Shown: positions 38,046 to 53,300, counted from the stretch's first letter. The stretch is 64,000 nt of DNA from Macrostomum hystrix (GCA_950097015.1 CATNEN010000001.1:1178001-1242000); one strand, 5' to 3'. The notes: a model not told the origin generated them from the sequence alone. Translations and numbers: made by a program.

Positions 38046-38201
38046 AACTATTTTAATATCAAAAACTAAATTTTTGTAAAAGCCGCAACTTTTACGTTAA
38101 AACAAAATGCTTACGAAAATATTTAAACCCTTATTTCAATCTTTGTGGAAGCCGATAATTATCAATAATATTGCTTTCAAAATTTTCAAAAAACTCTTTT
38201 A

Positions 38202-38236
38202 GTTGTCTAGGTGGAAGTATTTGTTTCTATGGCTAA
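38202..38236 (+). promoter_or_regulatory. Two degenerate RFX X-box-like motifs upstream of DNAH10
   Basis: GTTGTCTAGG at 38202 and GTTTCTATGGCTAA at 38223, 100-135 bp before the ATG of a ciliary gene. Only the half-sites match well. Confidence 0.3.
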
Positions 38237-38336
38237 AGTTTGCATTCTTTAAATTAGAGCAAAACCTTCGATATTTTGTTGCAACTCAAGAAACTTATTT
38301 TGGGTCCTGAACTCTTTGAAGCAACTCAAAGAGAAA

Positions 38337-41300
38337 ATGGACGACGTTCGAATTGAATGGATGAGAGAACGAATTTACGAGGCGTTTTCTCTCACAGACA
38401 CAGTAGTTTTCGACGAGTTGTTAGAAAGAAATGACGCCGAAAACGAAAGGCTTATTGCAGGTTTTTTGAATGAGACAAAGGAAGGACAAACTACGCTAGT
38501 TTTTTACAAGACTCTAGAAGAGGAACAGGTGGAGGAGGAAGTGGAATGTGGTAAGTAATTTAAAGCAACTAATTTTGTTGCTATTCTTAAAAAATGTTTT
38601 ATTTCAGTATCTTTAATGGACTGTTTCGAAACCAGCTACCATATTCAAAATAAACATTAATCTTTAATCTTTTAAAAGTCTATGAAATATTTTAAAAAAT
38701 TATGTGCCTGACCATGACTACCAAAGGACTTCTAGCTACTAATTGTCTTTGTGTCTGAAACACTCGTGACTTTTTCTCACTGAAAAGTTAATTAAAACTG
38801 TCTTTGGAAAAAACTGCAAATATTTAATTTGAAATTTTGACAGAGAATTGTATTGTTTAAACTACTAAGTTATTAGTGATGGGTGTCGGTTAAAGTCACT
38901 ATTGTTTTTAGTCATTTAGTTTACCAGACAGTTTTCGCTTTAAGCAAGGACTACGCACCTAGAATTACTTAACTTAGAATGACTTATTTTAGCGTATTCG
39001 TAATTCCTTAGTGGTCCTTGGTTTAAAGTTGATCATGTGACATGTCACAGGCGCAAATAAACAGAATTAAACTTTTCTATTTTAGAACCTTCCATCCCAG
39101 ACATTGAGAATCCCGAAGAAGGTGTAGAAAACGTTGAAGAGAACGGCGAGAATACAGAGAAAAAGGAAAACGCAGACCATCAAGGTAATTGCTAGTTGCT
39201 AAATTATCAAGTCGCCCGTATAGACGTACAATCGCTCAGTCAGTAAAGGCGAAATTAGATAGAAAACTGATAAATATATTGTAGAAAAGGCATCAGAAAA
39301 ATCAAAGGAACCGAACGGCTCAGAGAAGGCCGATGTCGCGACTACCGAGAAGGACCAGGCCGATCACGCCGGCGGTGAGGCGGAGAAAAAAGACGGCGAA
39401 GGCGAGGAAGAGGAGGAAGGCGAGAAGAAGCCCAGAACGGTAAGTGGTCTCACATTAGCAACTGCTAGTCGAAGCAGTTGACAATTGAATTTTCTGAGCA
39501 AGTTCTTGTATTATATTTGTCACTTTATTATTATCAAACAGAAAATCGTGATTCGCAACGTAATGGTCACCTACCTGCACGTGTGTTACTCGGACATACC
39601 TGAGGTGGGCCGGCAGACAAAGTGCTTCTATCTCATCCGCAACTCGGATGGTTTGATACCGTTGCCGAACTCGCTGACTGAGGCTCGCCAGACTCTGCCG
39701 CAGTACTTCCAGACTGGCTTCATCGATGCAGCTGAGCCGCTGAAGATGCTCGCCCAGCTCATCACCAGCGTCTACAGCTCGCTGCTGTCCTATCACCAGC
39801 ACAAGTCCACCTCGAGAAGCAAGTCGTCGGACTCTAAAGATTCGCGACCAACAGGATTTGGAGCGTCCTCGAATGCGGACGAACGAGCCGCAGCCGGAGC
39901 CGTCGATGGCAAGTCCATCGAGCAGGAGATTCGCGAGTCCAGAAACGCCGCCAATGCCCGCGATGAATTCTCCATCACCATCGACAAGTTCAAGAACACG
40001 CTGCAGAAGACAATGCAGCAGATTCAAGGCGATGTGAAGCTCGAAGTACCCGACTTGGACTTGGCCGAGGATGACAAAGAGAATCTGCGCAACAAGAAGC
40101 TGATGGCCGAGATTGAGAGCACGGTTATGCAGTGGAATCACCTGGTCAGCGAGATGATCGAGCGCTTGCAGAAGCGCAAACCGGCTGGCAACGGACCGCT
40201 GCCAGAGATCGACTTCTGGAGAGAACGCAATGCTCAGCTCAGCGCCCTAGTTGAGCAGTTTAAGCTGCCGCGAGTGAAGCGCATTCTCAATCTCCACAAG
40301 CTTGCCGAGGGAAGTGACGTCGAATCGCAACTAACCGACCTGCAGAAATTGTACACCGAAGCGAAAGACAATGTCAAGTAAGTGCAAGCTCATTGGTATG
40401 AGTGACGTGTGCTCAGAATTCCAAAACAAGGTAGTATTGTCGCACTCGATTCTCCTTTGCCTCGCAGGTTCCTGTCGCTAGTTGAGCGCCACTTCAAGAA
40501 CCTGACCTTCGGCGCAAACTTCACCTCCGTGAACGAGACCATCCTGCCGATGATGCAGGCCCTTCGCATGATCTGGATCATCTCGCGGCACTACAATCGG
40601 GACGAAAGAATGGTGCCCCTGATGGAGCGCATTGCTTGGGTCCTGACGGACCGAGTGGCTCGCGTCATCGACGTCCGGACGCTCTATGAGTGAGTTTTGT
40701 CAATGCCGAAAGGAAAAATACTAAGGCAAATAATACGTCCATTCATTCGATGCTGTTATCATATAATTGTATATATTCGTTTTTACTTACGCACCAGCTT
40801 TGCCTAAATGCTTTACAAATTATACAATTGTTGCATCCCAATCCAAGGCATGTATTTGAAAAACCAGCTGGGCCAATCCAGCTGATTTTAATTCGCTTTC
40901 AAAATATGTTTTATTATGAGCCTAGGACATGTGAATCCTCATTTCGATTACACAACGATATGAATATGTTTATCCCGAATTTAAAAAAATTAAAGACGCA
41001 AAGATCCGTCGGCCATCATGTAAGTCCATGGGCAATTTTTGGGCCCATTACTTATTTTGTCAGTTTTTCATCCATTCATTCACCATTGATAGACAAATGG
41101 GATACACTAAAATTTAGTTGGTTAATTTAACGCTAAACAGCTCGTATATTTATATCTATGTTTTAATATCCATGTCGTTTAGTGTTCAGAATGTAATTTA
41201 TGGGACAGCACACTTACCTGAGTGGTTACTGTAGTCTAGATACATCCAAGCTTTGCACAATTTTAACACATTCGTAGGCATTACTCTTACAATTGCTAGA

Positions 41301-44300
41301 TGCCGGGTTTGACATTTAATAAGCTTTACTAGCGACCAAAGTATGTTTCCTTTTGAGTCCACAAAAAATGTGTCTACCAAAATTTATTATCGCTTATCCA
41401 GGATGGAGATAAGCACAGGTGGAGAGTGGCCATGCTTAGTGACCACTGGAAGGTATTAAAAGCCAGAATTGTACTTATTGTTCAACACCAGAACCCAAAG
41501 TCTTCTTTCATAGCCAGGAGTTCTGTATATACCCAGCTGTCTCTCCTACTCTTTAATAATTATCGGGTCAATCTTTTATTTATTTATGCTCTAAAACACA
41601 AAAATAACAGAAGGTTAACATTGTTCATGACCAGATATACAGCGTACAGGTGTTACATTTACTGTGCCACGGCTGTATAATAAATAATCATTTGTATTTA
41701 ATTTTGAATCACAGGTTTGCAATCACCCGAGGAAATTTCGCAAAAGTCACGCATATCAGAAAACCGCTTTTTTATTCCTAGTTAAAAATCCCAAGAGGCT
41801 CATTAATGGTTCAACTTCTAGCTTTGGAAAACTACAAAAACTTGAACCCTTAAGAAACACTCATCCCTTAAGAAGAATTCGAACCAACTAACATTTGCAC
41901 AATCGGAAGCGTATGCAATCAACCCCTGAAACCTTAAAACATGCACTTTACTGGCTACTCTTAATAGACTCAAATGCTAGCTAAAGAATTCTAGTGTGAC
42001 ACCGAAGCCGAAAAAACTAACTTGCAGGATGCCCCTGGAGGAGGTGAAGACAATCACCAGCGACGCAAAGAAGGTGCTGGACACCTGGAGCCGGGCTTAC
42101 TACGAGGTGCGCGCCGAGATTGAAGCCTCGGGTCGCGACGCCCGCTGGGAGTTCGACAAGGGCAAACTGTTCCACAAAACTGATCACATCTCGAGCATCT
42201 GTCAGAATCTCTATGACATTGCTCAGACACTCGAGGAGTTCAACAACATCTTCGGCCCGGAGCTGAAAGCTGTTACCAGCGAGACGAAGCGAATTGAAGA
42301 GGTGTTGGAACAGGTGGAAAACTTGGTGGCTCCACTCAAAGAGGTGAGCCATCGTGATGCTAAGGTTATATTTCTTCAAGACGCATTTGATGAAGTACAC
42401 GAGAATAACTCTGCGAATCCGTGCTTTCTTTCAGATCTTCTACGACCCCTTCTCGTTGAGCAACCAGGGCGAGTGGAAGAAGTTCATGGATCGCTTCAAA
42501 ATGGACGTCGAAATCATCGAAGGCGAAGCGAAGTCTTTCATCAACAATTGCTTCAAGACGCTGCGCTCAGCTGAGAGCGCATTCGAGATGCTGATGAAGT
42601 TCAAGCACATCCGCTCGCGCAAGACCATCAGCGACCTGCTGATGCAGAAGTTCAACGACATCCTGGATCAGTACGAGAAGGAAATCACCAACGTCAGTCG
42701 CCTGTTCGAGGAGGGCAGGGACGACCCGCCGTGCCACCAGTACCAGTCGCGCATTGCTGGAAGCATCAACTGGGAGCGGCACCTATTCTACACGATCAAG
42801 CGACCGATCCTGAAGTTCCAGCGCGAGGAAGAGATGATGGGCTCGGACAAGGGCAAAATTGTTCGCGCGCACTACCTCAAGGTTGGCAAGAGTATGCGAG
42901 ACTACGAAGATCAGCTGCATCGCGAATGGACCAAGACAGTCGATGAAGGCCTCGAACAGCTGCTAAAGAAGAACCTCCTCTGTCCCGCGGCTGGAGCAGA
43001 CGCCGCTGCCGTGGCGGCCTCCGGTGCCGCGATTCCCGCAGCTCCGGGCTCGTCGCATCCTCCTCGGAGTGCAGCACTGACGCCTGGTAGCGCAATGGTT
43101 GGAGCTGTTGCGCCCGCCTTCCAGGAAGGCAGTAAGTTGCTGTGTAGTTGTTCATATGGTCCTAGCTGTATTTGACACTTAAAGTGTCGTTTATGTAGCA
43201 TTCCTTGTTGTATTCTTAGTTTAATCTTTATGTTTTCATGTTATGTATGGTATGTTTTCATACCCGCAGAAGACGAGCGCTACGTAGTAGACTTTGATCC
43301 GAAGCTGCGCGAGATCATTCAGGAGACCAAGTTCCTGGAGCTTCTGGGCTACACCGTACCAGAGTTGGCTAGAAATGTCGCCCTACAAGAAGAGAAGTAC
43401 CTTGTGTACGTCGACAATCTAAACGCCATGGTGCGTCGCTACCACGCGGTTATCGACAGTTTGGACGCAGCCGAGACTGAGCTGCTAGATGAGCATTTGC
43501 GACACCTGAAGCGAGTCATTCAGCCAGGTGCCAAGCGAATGAACTGGAACAGTCTGGGCGTGAATGACTACGTAAACAACTGCAACAAGGAGATCGGCGA
43601 GTTCGAGGCCAAGGTGCACACGATTAAGAAGACTTCGGCCGATATCGAGTCCAAGCTGATGCAGATTGATGCGGCTTGCCTGTTCCGCGCGCCGCCCAAG
43701 CGAGAGGACGGCTCGCTAGTCAACGGCAAGGTGTTCTTCGAGTCCATGCAGCAGGCTCGCAACACAGACTTTGATGTGTTGAGTAGGAAGTACGCGGCGA
43801 TCGGACCGCTGCTCACCAAGATCGAGGGCGCTGTGGTGAACACCAATTCTGGCCGGGCCAAGAAGATGGTCAAGTACTACGAGCACTGGGAAAAGCGTAT
43901 CTTCAGCTGCGTCTATCAGGTTTGTGCTGAATTCTCGGACAGCAAGAATACAGTTTTTTTGCCACATTAGAACGATGACTTTCTATCTAATCTCGTGAAT
44001 TGGTTTGCAGATGGTGCTGCGAAATCTGCAGAACTACTTAGCCGTGCTGCAGGAAGACACGCCGCTATTCGCCATCGACTTGCGCCTGTCTGGCACCGAT
44101 GTCATAGGCATTCCACAGGCGCGCGAAGTCAGCAAGTTCGCCATGCAGGACCTTCGCGACGCCATCGAGACAACCACACAGTTTCGACGCTGGAAGCGCG
44201 ATTCGTGCCTGCTGTGCGACGATATCAAAGAGGAAGGCAAGGACGAGCCATTTATCTACAGCTTCTTCCTCGACATCAAGGATTCCAGTGAGGTGCAGAA

Positions 44301-47300
44301 GCTAGTGGCAGACATCAGCCAGCACTACTTCAAGGTTGAGAGTCAGGTGAAGCGATTCCAGGACCGGTGGAAGCGCTACAAAAACATCTTCACGCCAAAC
44401 AAGACCAACCAGGCGGACAAATGGTCGGCGAAGTCGCCGAAGCTAATTGACTACTACGACACAATCACAGAGCTGAAGAACCGATGGGAGGAACTCAAGA
44501 AGCAACCCCCAGACCGTGGCATCCGCTTTGTGCAACTGCGCCTGGGCTCCCTCATCAAGAACATCTCGGACCACTTCCGTCAGTGGGTTGAAATATACGG
44601 ACGGAAGCTGACAGAGACCTCGCAACAGGCTCTGCATCAGTTGAAAGAGCTTATCGATAATCGAACCAAGGATCTGGAGATTGTGCCCGAGAGCTTGGAA
44701 CTGCTCAAGCAAGTGCTTCAGACCATCAAGGACATTCAGGACATGTCGCTAGAGGTTGAACGCCAACTGTTGGACATCGAAGAGCGCTTCCGCGTGATTG
44801 AGCTGCACGGCATCAGCGTTCCGCAGGAGGACTGGGATCTGCATCTTCAAATCCGCTCGCTGTGGGAAGAGCTGCTGTTTAAGAGCAAAGACACCGACGC
44901 GCGGCTGGTGTCAGACAAGCGCAAGTTTATTGCAACCACAAACCAGTCAATTAGCGAATTCGGTCGTCTGCTGCAGGAGTTCGCCGAGCGCTTCCGCAAT
45001 CAGGGCCCCGGTGCCGTGGGTCAGGACCTAGACAAGGGCCTTGCACTCCTCAAGACCTACAAAGAGGAGCTGGCTCAGGTTGAGGATCAGAAAGCCAAAC
45101 TAGGAGCAGCTGAGAAGCTTTTCGACTTGCCAATCACACCCTATCCGGAGCTGTTGCAAGTTCAGAAGGAGATGAAAGGCATGGACAGTATCTACAGCAT
45201 CTATGAGGAGCAGAAGAAGGCACGAGAGCTTTGGTCAGAGACTTTATGGAAGGATCTTAATGTTCAAGTACTGAGTGACGGCATCGAGTCGTTTGCCAAG
45301 CAGCTGCGCAAACTGCCACGCGAAATCCGCCAAATGAGTGTGGGCAAGGCGCTGGACGAGAAGATGAAGGAATTCAAAGAGTCACTGCCGCTGTTCATGG
45401 ACCTCAAGCACGAGGCTCTAAGAGAGCGCCACTGGAAGGAGCTGATGGAGAAGACGGGCCAGAAGTTTGACATCAACCCGGAGACATTCACGCTAGCGAG
45501 TGTGTTCGCAATGGAGTTGCATCGCTTCCAGGAGACTATTGCCGAAATTGTGACATGCGCAACCAAGGAGCTTAGCATTGAGAAGGGGGTTCGAGAAGTC
45601 GAGGAAACCTGGAACAACCTCAAGTTTACAGTGCAGGCCTACATGAAGGGAACCTCTAACCGAGGCTTCATCCTCGGCTCCGTGGAAGAGGTCGTGCAGA
45701 CTCTTGACGACAACGCCATGAACTTGCAGTCGATGAGTGCGTCCCGATTTGTTGGGCCGTTTTTCCAGGCTGTGCAGAACTGGGAGAAGTCCCTCAGCCA
45801 CATCAGCGAAGTCCTTGATGTTTGGATGGTTGTGCAGAGAAAGTGGATGTATCTCGAAGGCATCTTCATCGGTGGTGACATCCGCTCGCAGCTGCCAGAA
45901 GAGGCTAAAAAGTTTGATCAGATTGACAAAACCTTCAAGAAAATAATGAATGAGACATCGAAAAATCCGAACATCAAGATGGCCTGTCACGCCACAAACC
46001 GGCTATCAGACTTGGAGAATCTCTCAACAGGATTGGAGAAGTGCCAGAAGTCACTGAACGACTACCTGGATTCCAAGCGAAACGCATTCCCTCGTTTCTT
46101 CTTCATCTCAGACGACGAGCTGCTCAGCATCCTCGGCTCCAGCGATCCGGAGTGCGTCCAGGAGCACATGATCAAGATGTTCGACAACATCGCCAGCCTC
46201 AAGTTCGTGACTGTCAACAACAAAGACAAATTCGCCGCGGGAATGGTCTCCAGCGAAGGTGAGATGATGGACTTCCGCCAGAGTCGGTCTGCAGATGGAA
46301 GGGTCGAAGACTGGATGACGAGCGTTGAGGAGGAGATGCGTAAGACAAACCGACTCATTACCAAAGAGGCCGTGTTCTACTATCGTCACAAGAAGGCGCG
46401 TACGCAGTGGATGTTCGACTACCAGGGAATGGTGGCGCTGGCAGGCAACCAGATTTGGTGGACTTGGGAGGTCGAGGACGTCTTCCAGAAGATTCGTAAA
46501 GGTGGCAAGACGGCACTGAAGGACTACGCGAAGAAATTGCATGGTCAAATCGACGAGATTGTTGTGCAAGTGCGATCACCTTTGGGAAAGAATGATCGAG
46601 CCAAGATGACCACCGTGCTAATTATTGACGTTCACGCTCGCGACATCATCGACTCTTTTGTTCGAGACAGCATCATGGACGCTCGAGAATTCGAATGGGA
46701 ATCTCAGCTGCGGTTCTACTGGGTCAAGGAGGCGGATGAACTGATTGTTCGCCAGTGCACCGGTGAATTCGGCTACGGCTACGAGTACATGGGCCTGAAC
46801 GGCCGTCTCGTCATTACGCCGCTGACAGATCGAATCTATCTCACCCTAACACAAGCGCTCAGCATGCAGCTCGGAGGCGCTCCGGCTGGACCTGCCGGCA
46901 CAGGTAAAACTGAGACAACAAAAGATCTTGCAAAGGCTCTCGGCCTACTTTGCGTCGTTACCAACTGTGGTGAGGGCATGGACTACAAAGCTGTCGGAAA
47001 GATCCTCTCCGGCTTGTGCCAGTGCGGCGCCTGGGGCTGCTTTGACGAGTTCAACCGAATTGAAGTGTCCGTGCTGTCCGTCATCTCAACGCAGCTCAAG
47101 ACCATTCAGAGTGCGCTAATCTTGCGCGCTAATCGCTTCCAGTTTGAGGGTCAGGAGATCAAGATGGACAGCCGAGTGGGTGTTTTTATCACTATGAACC
47201 CCGGCTATGCTGGTCGTACCGAGCTTCCAGAGTCTGTCAAGGCTCTGTTCCGTCCTGTGGTGGTTATCGTGCCAGATCTGCAGCAGATCTGTGAGATCAT

Positions 47301-50300
47301 GCTGTTCTCTCAGGGCTTCCGCACGGCCAAGGTGCTAGCCAAGAAGATGACCACACTGTACAAGCTGGCTAGGGAACAGCTTTCAAAGCAGCATCACTAC
47401 GACTTCGGTCTGCGAGCGTTGAAGTCTGTGCTGGTCATGGCCGGCGATCTGAGGCGTGGTTCACCTGATCTGTCTGAGGACAAGGTGCTGATGCGAGCTC
47501 TGCGTGACATGAACCTGCCCAAATTTGTGTTCGAGGATGTGCCACTCTTCCTCGGTCTCATCCAGGATCTTTTCCCTGGACTGGACTGTCCTCGAGTTCG
47601 CTATCCAGATTTCAACGACGCGGTGGAGCGCGCACTGGCAGCGCTGAACTATGTGCCGCTGGAGCAGCAGGCTGACAAGGTGGTTCAGATGTACGAGACC
47701 ATGAAGACGCGTCACACCACTATGATTGTCGGTCCCACCGGTGGCGGTAAGAGTGTTGTGATCCGCGCTCTCGCCGACGCACAGACCAGCCTCGGCTTGA
47801 CAACAAAGATTCACACCATGAACCCGAAGGATCGCAGCGTCATCGAGCTGTACGGTGTTCTCGATCCGACCACTCGTGACTGGACTGATGGTCTGCTGTC
47901 CAACATCTTCCGTGAAATCAACAAGCCGACTGACAAGAATGAGCGCCGCTACATTCTCTTCGACGGAGATGTTGACGCATTGTGGGTTGAGAACATGAAC
48001 TCAGTCATGGACGACAACAAGCTTCTGACACTCGCAAACGGTGAGCGAATCCGTCTGCAGGCCCACTGCGCGCTGCTCTTTGAAGTCGGCGACCTTCAGT
48101 ATGCATCGCCCGCCACTGTCTCCCGTTGCGGCATGGTGTTCGTGGATCCGAAGAACCTGGGCTACGAGCCCTTCTGGCAGAAGTGGTTGAACGGCCGCGA
48201 GAGCAAGCACGAGCGAGACGTCCTGGCAGACATGTACAAGAAGTATGTACCAGCCATCGTTGAGATGATCATCGAGGGCATCGTCGATGGAAAGCAAGGA
48301 GAAAAGTTGAAAATGATCATTCCGCTGACCAACCTGAACATTGTGATTCAACTCTGCTACATGCTTGACGCTCTGCTGGTAAAGGAAACCGACAAGAATG
48401 ACGTGATCGAGGCTTTCTTCTTGCAGGCCCTGTACTGGGGACTCGGTGGTGCTCTAGTGGAGGAGGGTCGCGTCAAGCTCGATCAGTACGTCAAGTACGT
48501 CTGCTCAATGTCGTCTCCGGCTGACGAAGAGCGAAACCACGCCCGGGCGGGCGAGATGCCACAGCTGGAGCCGACCCTGTTCGAATACTTCTTTGACGGT
48601 GATAAGGAGGAGTGGATTCCTTGGAAGGAGTTAGTGCCGAAGTACGTTCATCATCCGGGCATGAAGTTTAACGACATCTTGGTGCCGACCATCGACACGG
48701 TGCGCACTACCTGGCTGCTGGAGCAGATGGTTGGAGTGCAGCATCCGGTGTTGCTAGTCGGCGAGACCGGAACCTCGAAGACCTCGGTGTCGCAGAACTT
48801 CCTTCGCCAGCTTGACGCCGAAAAGTACCTGCTGTTGATGACCAACTTCTCGTCTCGAACCAGCAGCCTTGACGTTCAGCGCAACTTGGAGGCCAACGTC
48901 GAGAAGCGCACAAAGGACACGTACGGTCCTCCGGTTGGCAAGCGGCTCCTGGTGTTCATCGACGACATGAACATGCCCCAGGTGGATACCTACGGCACTC
49001 AGCAGCCAATCGCGCTGCTCAAACTGCTCATCGAGAAGAAGGGCATCTACGACAGAGGAAAAGACCTCAACTGGCGCAAGATGCAGGACATTGGCTTCAC
49101 GGCTGCCATGGGCAAACCAGGCGGCGGTCGCAACGACGTCGATCCTCGCTTTATCTCGCTGTTCACCGTGTTCAACGTCACCTTCCCAGCTGAGGAATCG
49201 CTGTTCAGCATCTACAACTCCATCCTGGCCGGACACACTGCCCAGTTCACGGACGAGATTCGCGAAATGGTGCCTAGCGTTGTGAACATGACGATGAGCC
49301 TGTACAACCAGATCATCCTCCAGCTGCCGCCCACTCCATCAAAGTTTCACTACATCTTCAACCTGCGCGATCTCAGCCGCATCTTCAGCGGCCTCTGTCT
49401 GACCACCGTTGAACGATTCACGAAGCGAGATCACATGCTGCGAGTCTGGCGCAACGAATGCTGCAGAGTGATCAATGATCGGCTGATCAGCACGGAGGAC
49501 AAGGACATTGTCAACGTAAGCTGGCTAAATCTAAAAAATATGGATTTTCATTATAGCTAATTTCTACTGTAAGTAGTGCAGTGCGAGATTTGAAGTCTAA
49601 ACATGCATTTCGACAATTAACTTATTCAGGCCCTAGTGAAGGGCACACTGGAAGAGAGCTACAAAGACTCCGTGGAGTTCGTGATGCGCAATCCGATTCT
49701 GTTCGGCGATTATCGCACCGCTCTAGACGAAGCGGAGCCCAGGCTGTACGAAGACATTCAAGACTACGAGGCGGCCAAGGCTCTGTTCCAGGAGGTGAAA
49801 GATTGGGCGGTTTTTTTCGTTGATAGATATGCGGGAACTAAATGTAAATGAATATTTTTAGCAGAAAACCGAGTTTTTTGCTCTAAAGAGTTTGTTTGAG
49901 ACGACAGCGATGTTATTTTTTTTCGCTGAAAATGAGAAACAATTATATAGAGGCCCATTTAGATGCGACTTGCGCTGAATCTTCAGAAACAATAGCGGAA
50001 TAGTCGAAAACGAAAACTACGCCTTTTTTCAGTCCCATTCTGTCAGCCATCTCTTGTAAAACCAGCATAATGCCAGACCAGTGCGTGATTTAGTAGACTG
50101 TTTCTATTTTTGAAATTCAACCGAGCGCACCATAAGACGACAAAATTGAATTAGGGGCGCGTAGCAATGCATTTTTCTTGCAATCTAATTTTTGTCAAGT
50201 GAATCGGCTTTTGCATTTCAAACACAGGTATTTTTTAATTACTCGAAGATTAAAATTTTCCTATTCATTAATTGACTGTCAATGCAATCAAAATCAGCAC

Positions 50301-53300
50301 CCAACCGATAAGATTATGCAAGCCCTACTTGACTTGTAGCATATTGCATCCACCTTCTTGACAGTAGAAATACCAACCACGGGCATATTTCAAGTACTCC
50401 CTTCACGAGAATTCCTGAACCGAATGACCAATTTTCGTGAAAGTCCACCATTTAGATCCAAACTTAGATGAACGCAGACTTACATTAAACATTTCGCGTC
50501 ATTCAGCGAATGACAGAACGTGAGCGCCACCAGAACCCCGTAGCGGACGTGGATCAGGCGGTCAATCCGACCTTCAAGACGCGCACCGTGATGACACCGA
50601 AGACGTCGCAGCGTATTCAAAAGTCGTCAACATTGAATCCGTTACAGACGCTGATACTGCAGTCCTTGAATCTGACTGATTCGGTGCTTAAATTAATTGA
50701 TTTCAGATGCAGCATACTTTCCTTCATGCATGACTGTCACTGGCTGAGACCATGAGCTCGTTCAACGGGGAAGAACATTTTTGATAACATTTCAAAAGTG
50801 CAATGCATGAGTTTTCTTGTCAACCAAAGAAACGAATTAAGCCAGTCGTGTAACACGATGAAGATTAGTGACAGACGGCAGTGAAACTCGAATCGAGACT
50901 TTTGGGTTGTGACGAGTGCGACGATGGCCCTCCTAACACGAGATGGCTCAGCTGCTGCGCCTAATGCCTCCAGTAAATTATTGATGCTATCGAGAGGGTA
51001 GCTGCCAGATGGGGTATTGTGGAAACGCTACATACGAGTTTGCTGCCACCAAGCCAGGGCTTCAAAGTACTTCTCAACGGCAGTACTTGTTTCACAACCG
51101 TCTAACTTTGCAGATTAATATCAAAAGATAAAATAGTCAATTTAGAATATATAAGAAGCTTTAATTCCATTTTAGGCCTATTTAATGCGGAGGCGTTGCT
51201 GTTTATGTCAATAATCTACGACCGTAGTGATGCATGAACGGATCGTTACTTTTTCAATTACTTTTTCTTCGAATGCTCACGTCTTTTTGCGTACTAACGT
51301 ATGTATGGGGGGGGAATTATCATCATGCTCAATAGTATGATAAGCTGGGAAAAGCATGTCCGGGTTCTTTTACCATCATTCACATATCAATTAGTTTCTA
51401 TATAAATAATCCTTCAGATCCTTGAGGAATACAACGAGAGCAACACCGTCATGCCGTTGGTCCTGTTCGACGACGCCCTGGAGCACCTGACTCGCATCCA
51501 CCGAGTCATCCGCATGGACAAGGGCCACGCCCTGCTGGTCGGTGTCGGCGGCTCCGGCAAGCAGTCCCTGACGCGCCTGGCCTCATTCACGGCCGGCTGC
51601 GAAATCTTCGAGATCACTCTGAGCCGCGGCTACAGCGAGAAGGATTTCCGCGAGAATCTCAAGACACTCTACAACAAGCTGGGCATTGAGAATCGCAAGA
51701 TGGTCTTCCTATTCGGCGATCAGCACGTTGTAGAGGAAGGCTTCCTGGAGCTCATCAACAACATGCTGACCTCGGGCATTGTGCCGGCCCTATTTGGCGA
51801 CGACGAGAAGGAGGGCATTCTCAGCCAGGTCCGCGCTGAGGCTCAGAGCGCCGGGGTGGGGCCGGCTCGCGAGGCAGTGTGGCAGTTCTTCGTGAACAAG
51901 TGCGCGAGCAACCTGCACATTGTGCTGGCTATGAGCCCGGTTGGTGAAACCCTGCGCACCAGATGCAGAAACTTCCCCGGAGTGGTTAACAACACCACCA
52001 TCGACTGGTTCTTCCCGTGGCCAGAACAGGCACTTTACGCTGTGGCATCTGTCTTCATATCTCCTGATGTAAGTTCCACGCAGTTCCTATATTAGCTAAG
52101 GATAGACTTTGTAGACTTAAAAATGCGATCTAGAATTCCCTTTGCAAAGTGCAGAAAGTTTATCGACAAAAAAATCGGAAATAAAAAACTGGAAAGCGGG
52201 ATCTGGTCAAGCACAGATTGCTAGCGTTCAGAACTGACGTCTGACTTGTTCCAGTCCAGACATGATCAGCGAATGTTTTGTTTGAACAGAATCAGATCGT
52301 TTCTCCTCGATCTGTGATCGAATTTCATTCGCAAATCTTTAAAGAAAAATCTCGTTAAAAAATCTAAGCAACGCTAGCTGATTCTTCGTCCGGGCTGCAC
52401 CCCCAGCAGAAGTCATGTCCACGGCTTTGTGAAGAAAACATAATAAAAGTCAAGCAGAGAGCTGTGCGTGCCACGTGCAGGGCTATAGGAAATCAGGAAG
52501 TGGTTTTCTTTGCGAATGCCCGAATTGTTCTAAATGAGACTATTTAGTCAGGGAGTAGACTTCTTTTAGTCCGTCTTCGGGAGAAGGATTGGAAGGGAGT
52601 TTTTCGTTTTGCCGCCAAATCCCTTTAGAATGGCAGTTCACCTAATCACGATATGAGAGGGAAGGTTCAGTGTAGATAGGTAAATTTTCTCTGGTGGGAC
52701 AAGACTTTAATATTGGCCTGATTTAAATGCGAAAGCTGATCAAGTCAGTCACTCAGTTGGCCGGTAAGTCAACGAGTGCTACTAGTGAGTGCTGAGGGCC
52801 TTGGTTAAAATGAAGAATTAGGCTTTCCATTCGCCTAGCTGCTTTTGGTCACTAGCTTCTAGACTAATGGAACTGGCTGGCAATGAACCACCTTTTACCT
52901 GGCTAGATGCAGACAGGATGAAAAAATACGAAATTAATTTTTTTAACTATTCATTCGCATTTAAATAATGTAGAGTAAATACGACCGCGTATTCAAAGTA
53001 CTGGCGAAGAACTGTTAGGTCTAGCGCTATTGTCCATTAAAAGTACAATTCGTCTCGCAATAGGAGGTTAGAAAACGATGCATTTGCACCCCAAGCTTAT
53101 CAAGTAATCGGCGAATGACCCCACTCAATCATTGCTGTTCCTCGCAGAACCAACTTGTACCGGAGAATCACCGCGAGAACATTGTGGCCCACTTTGTCAT
53201 GGTGCACCAGAGTGTCGGCGAATACAGCAAGGAATTCCTGCAAACTCTGCGCCGATACAACTATGTCACACCGAAGCACTACTTGGACTTCATCAATACC

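Noticed and set aside
50480-51110. GC-richer, coding-looking stretch in DNAH10 intron 10 (possible decayed transposon)
   Set aside because: Short interrupted frames, no recognisable domain and no termini; needs a TBLASTX/Dfam search.
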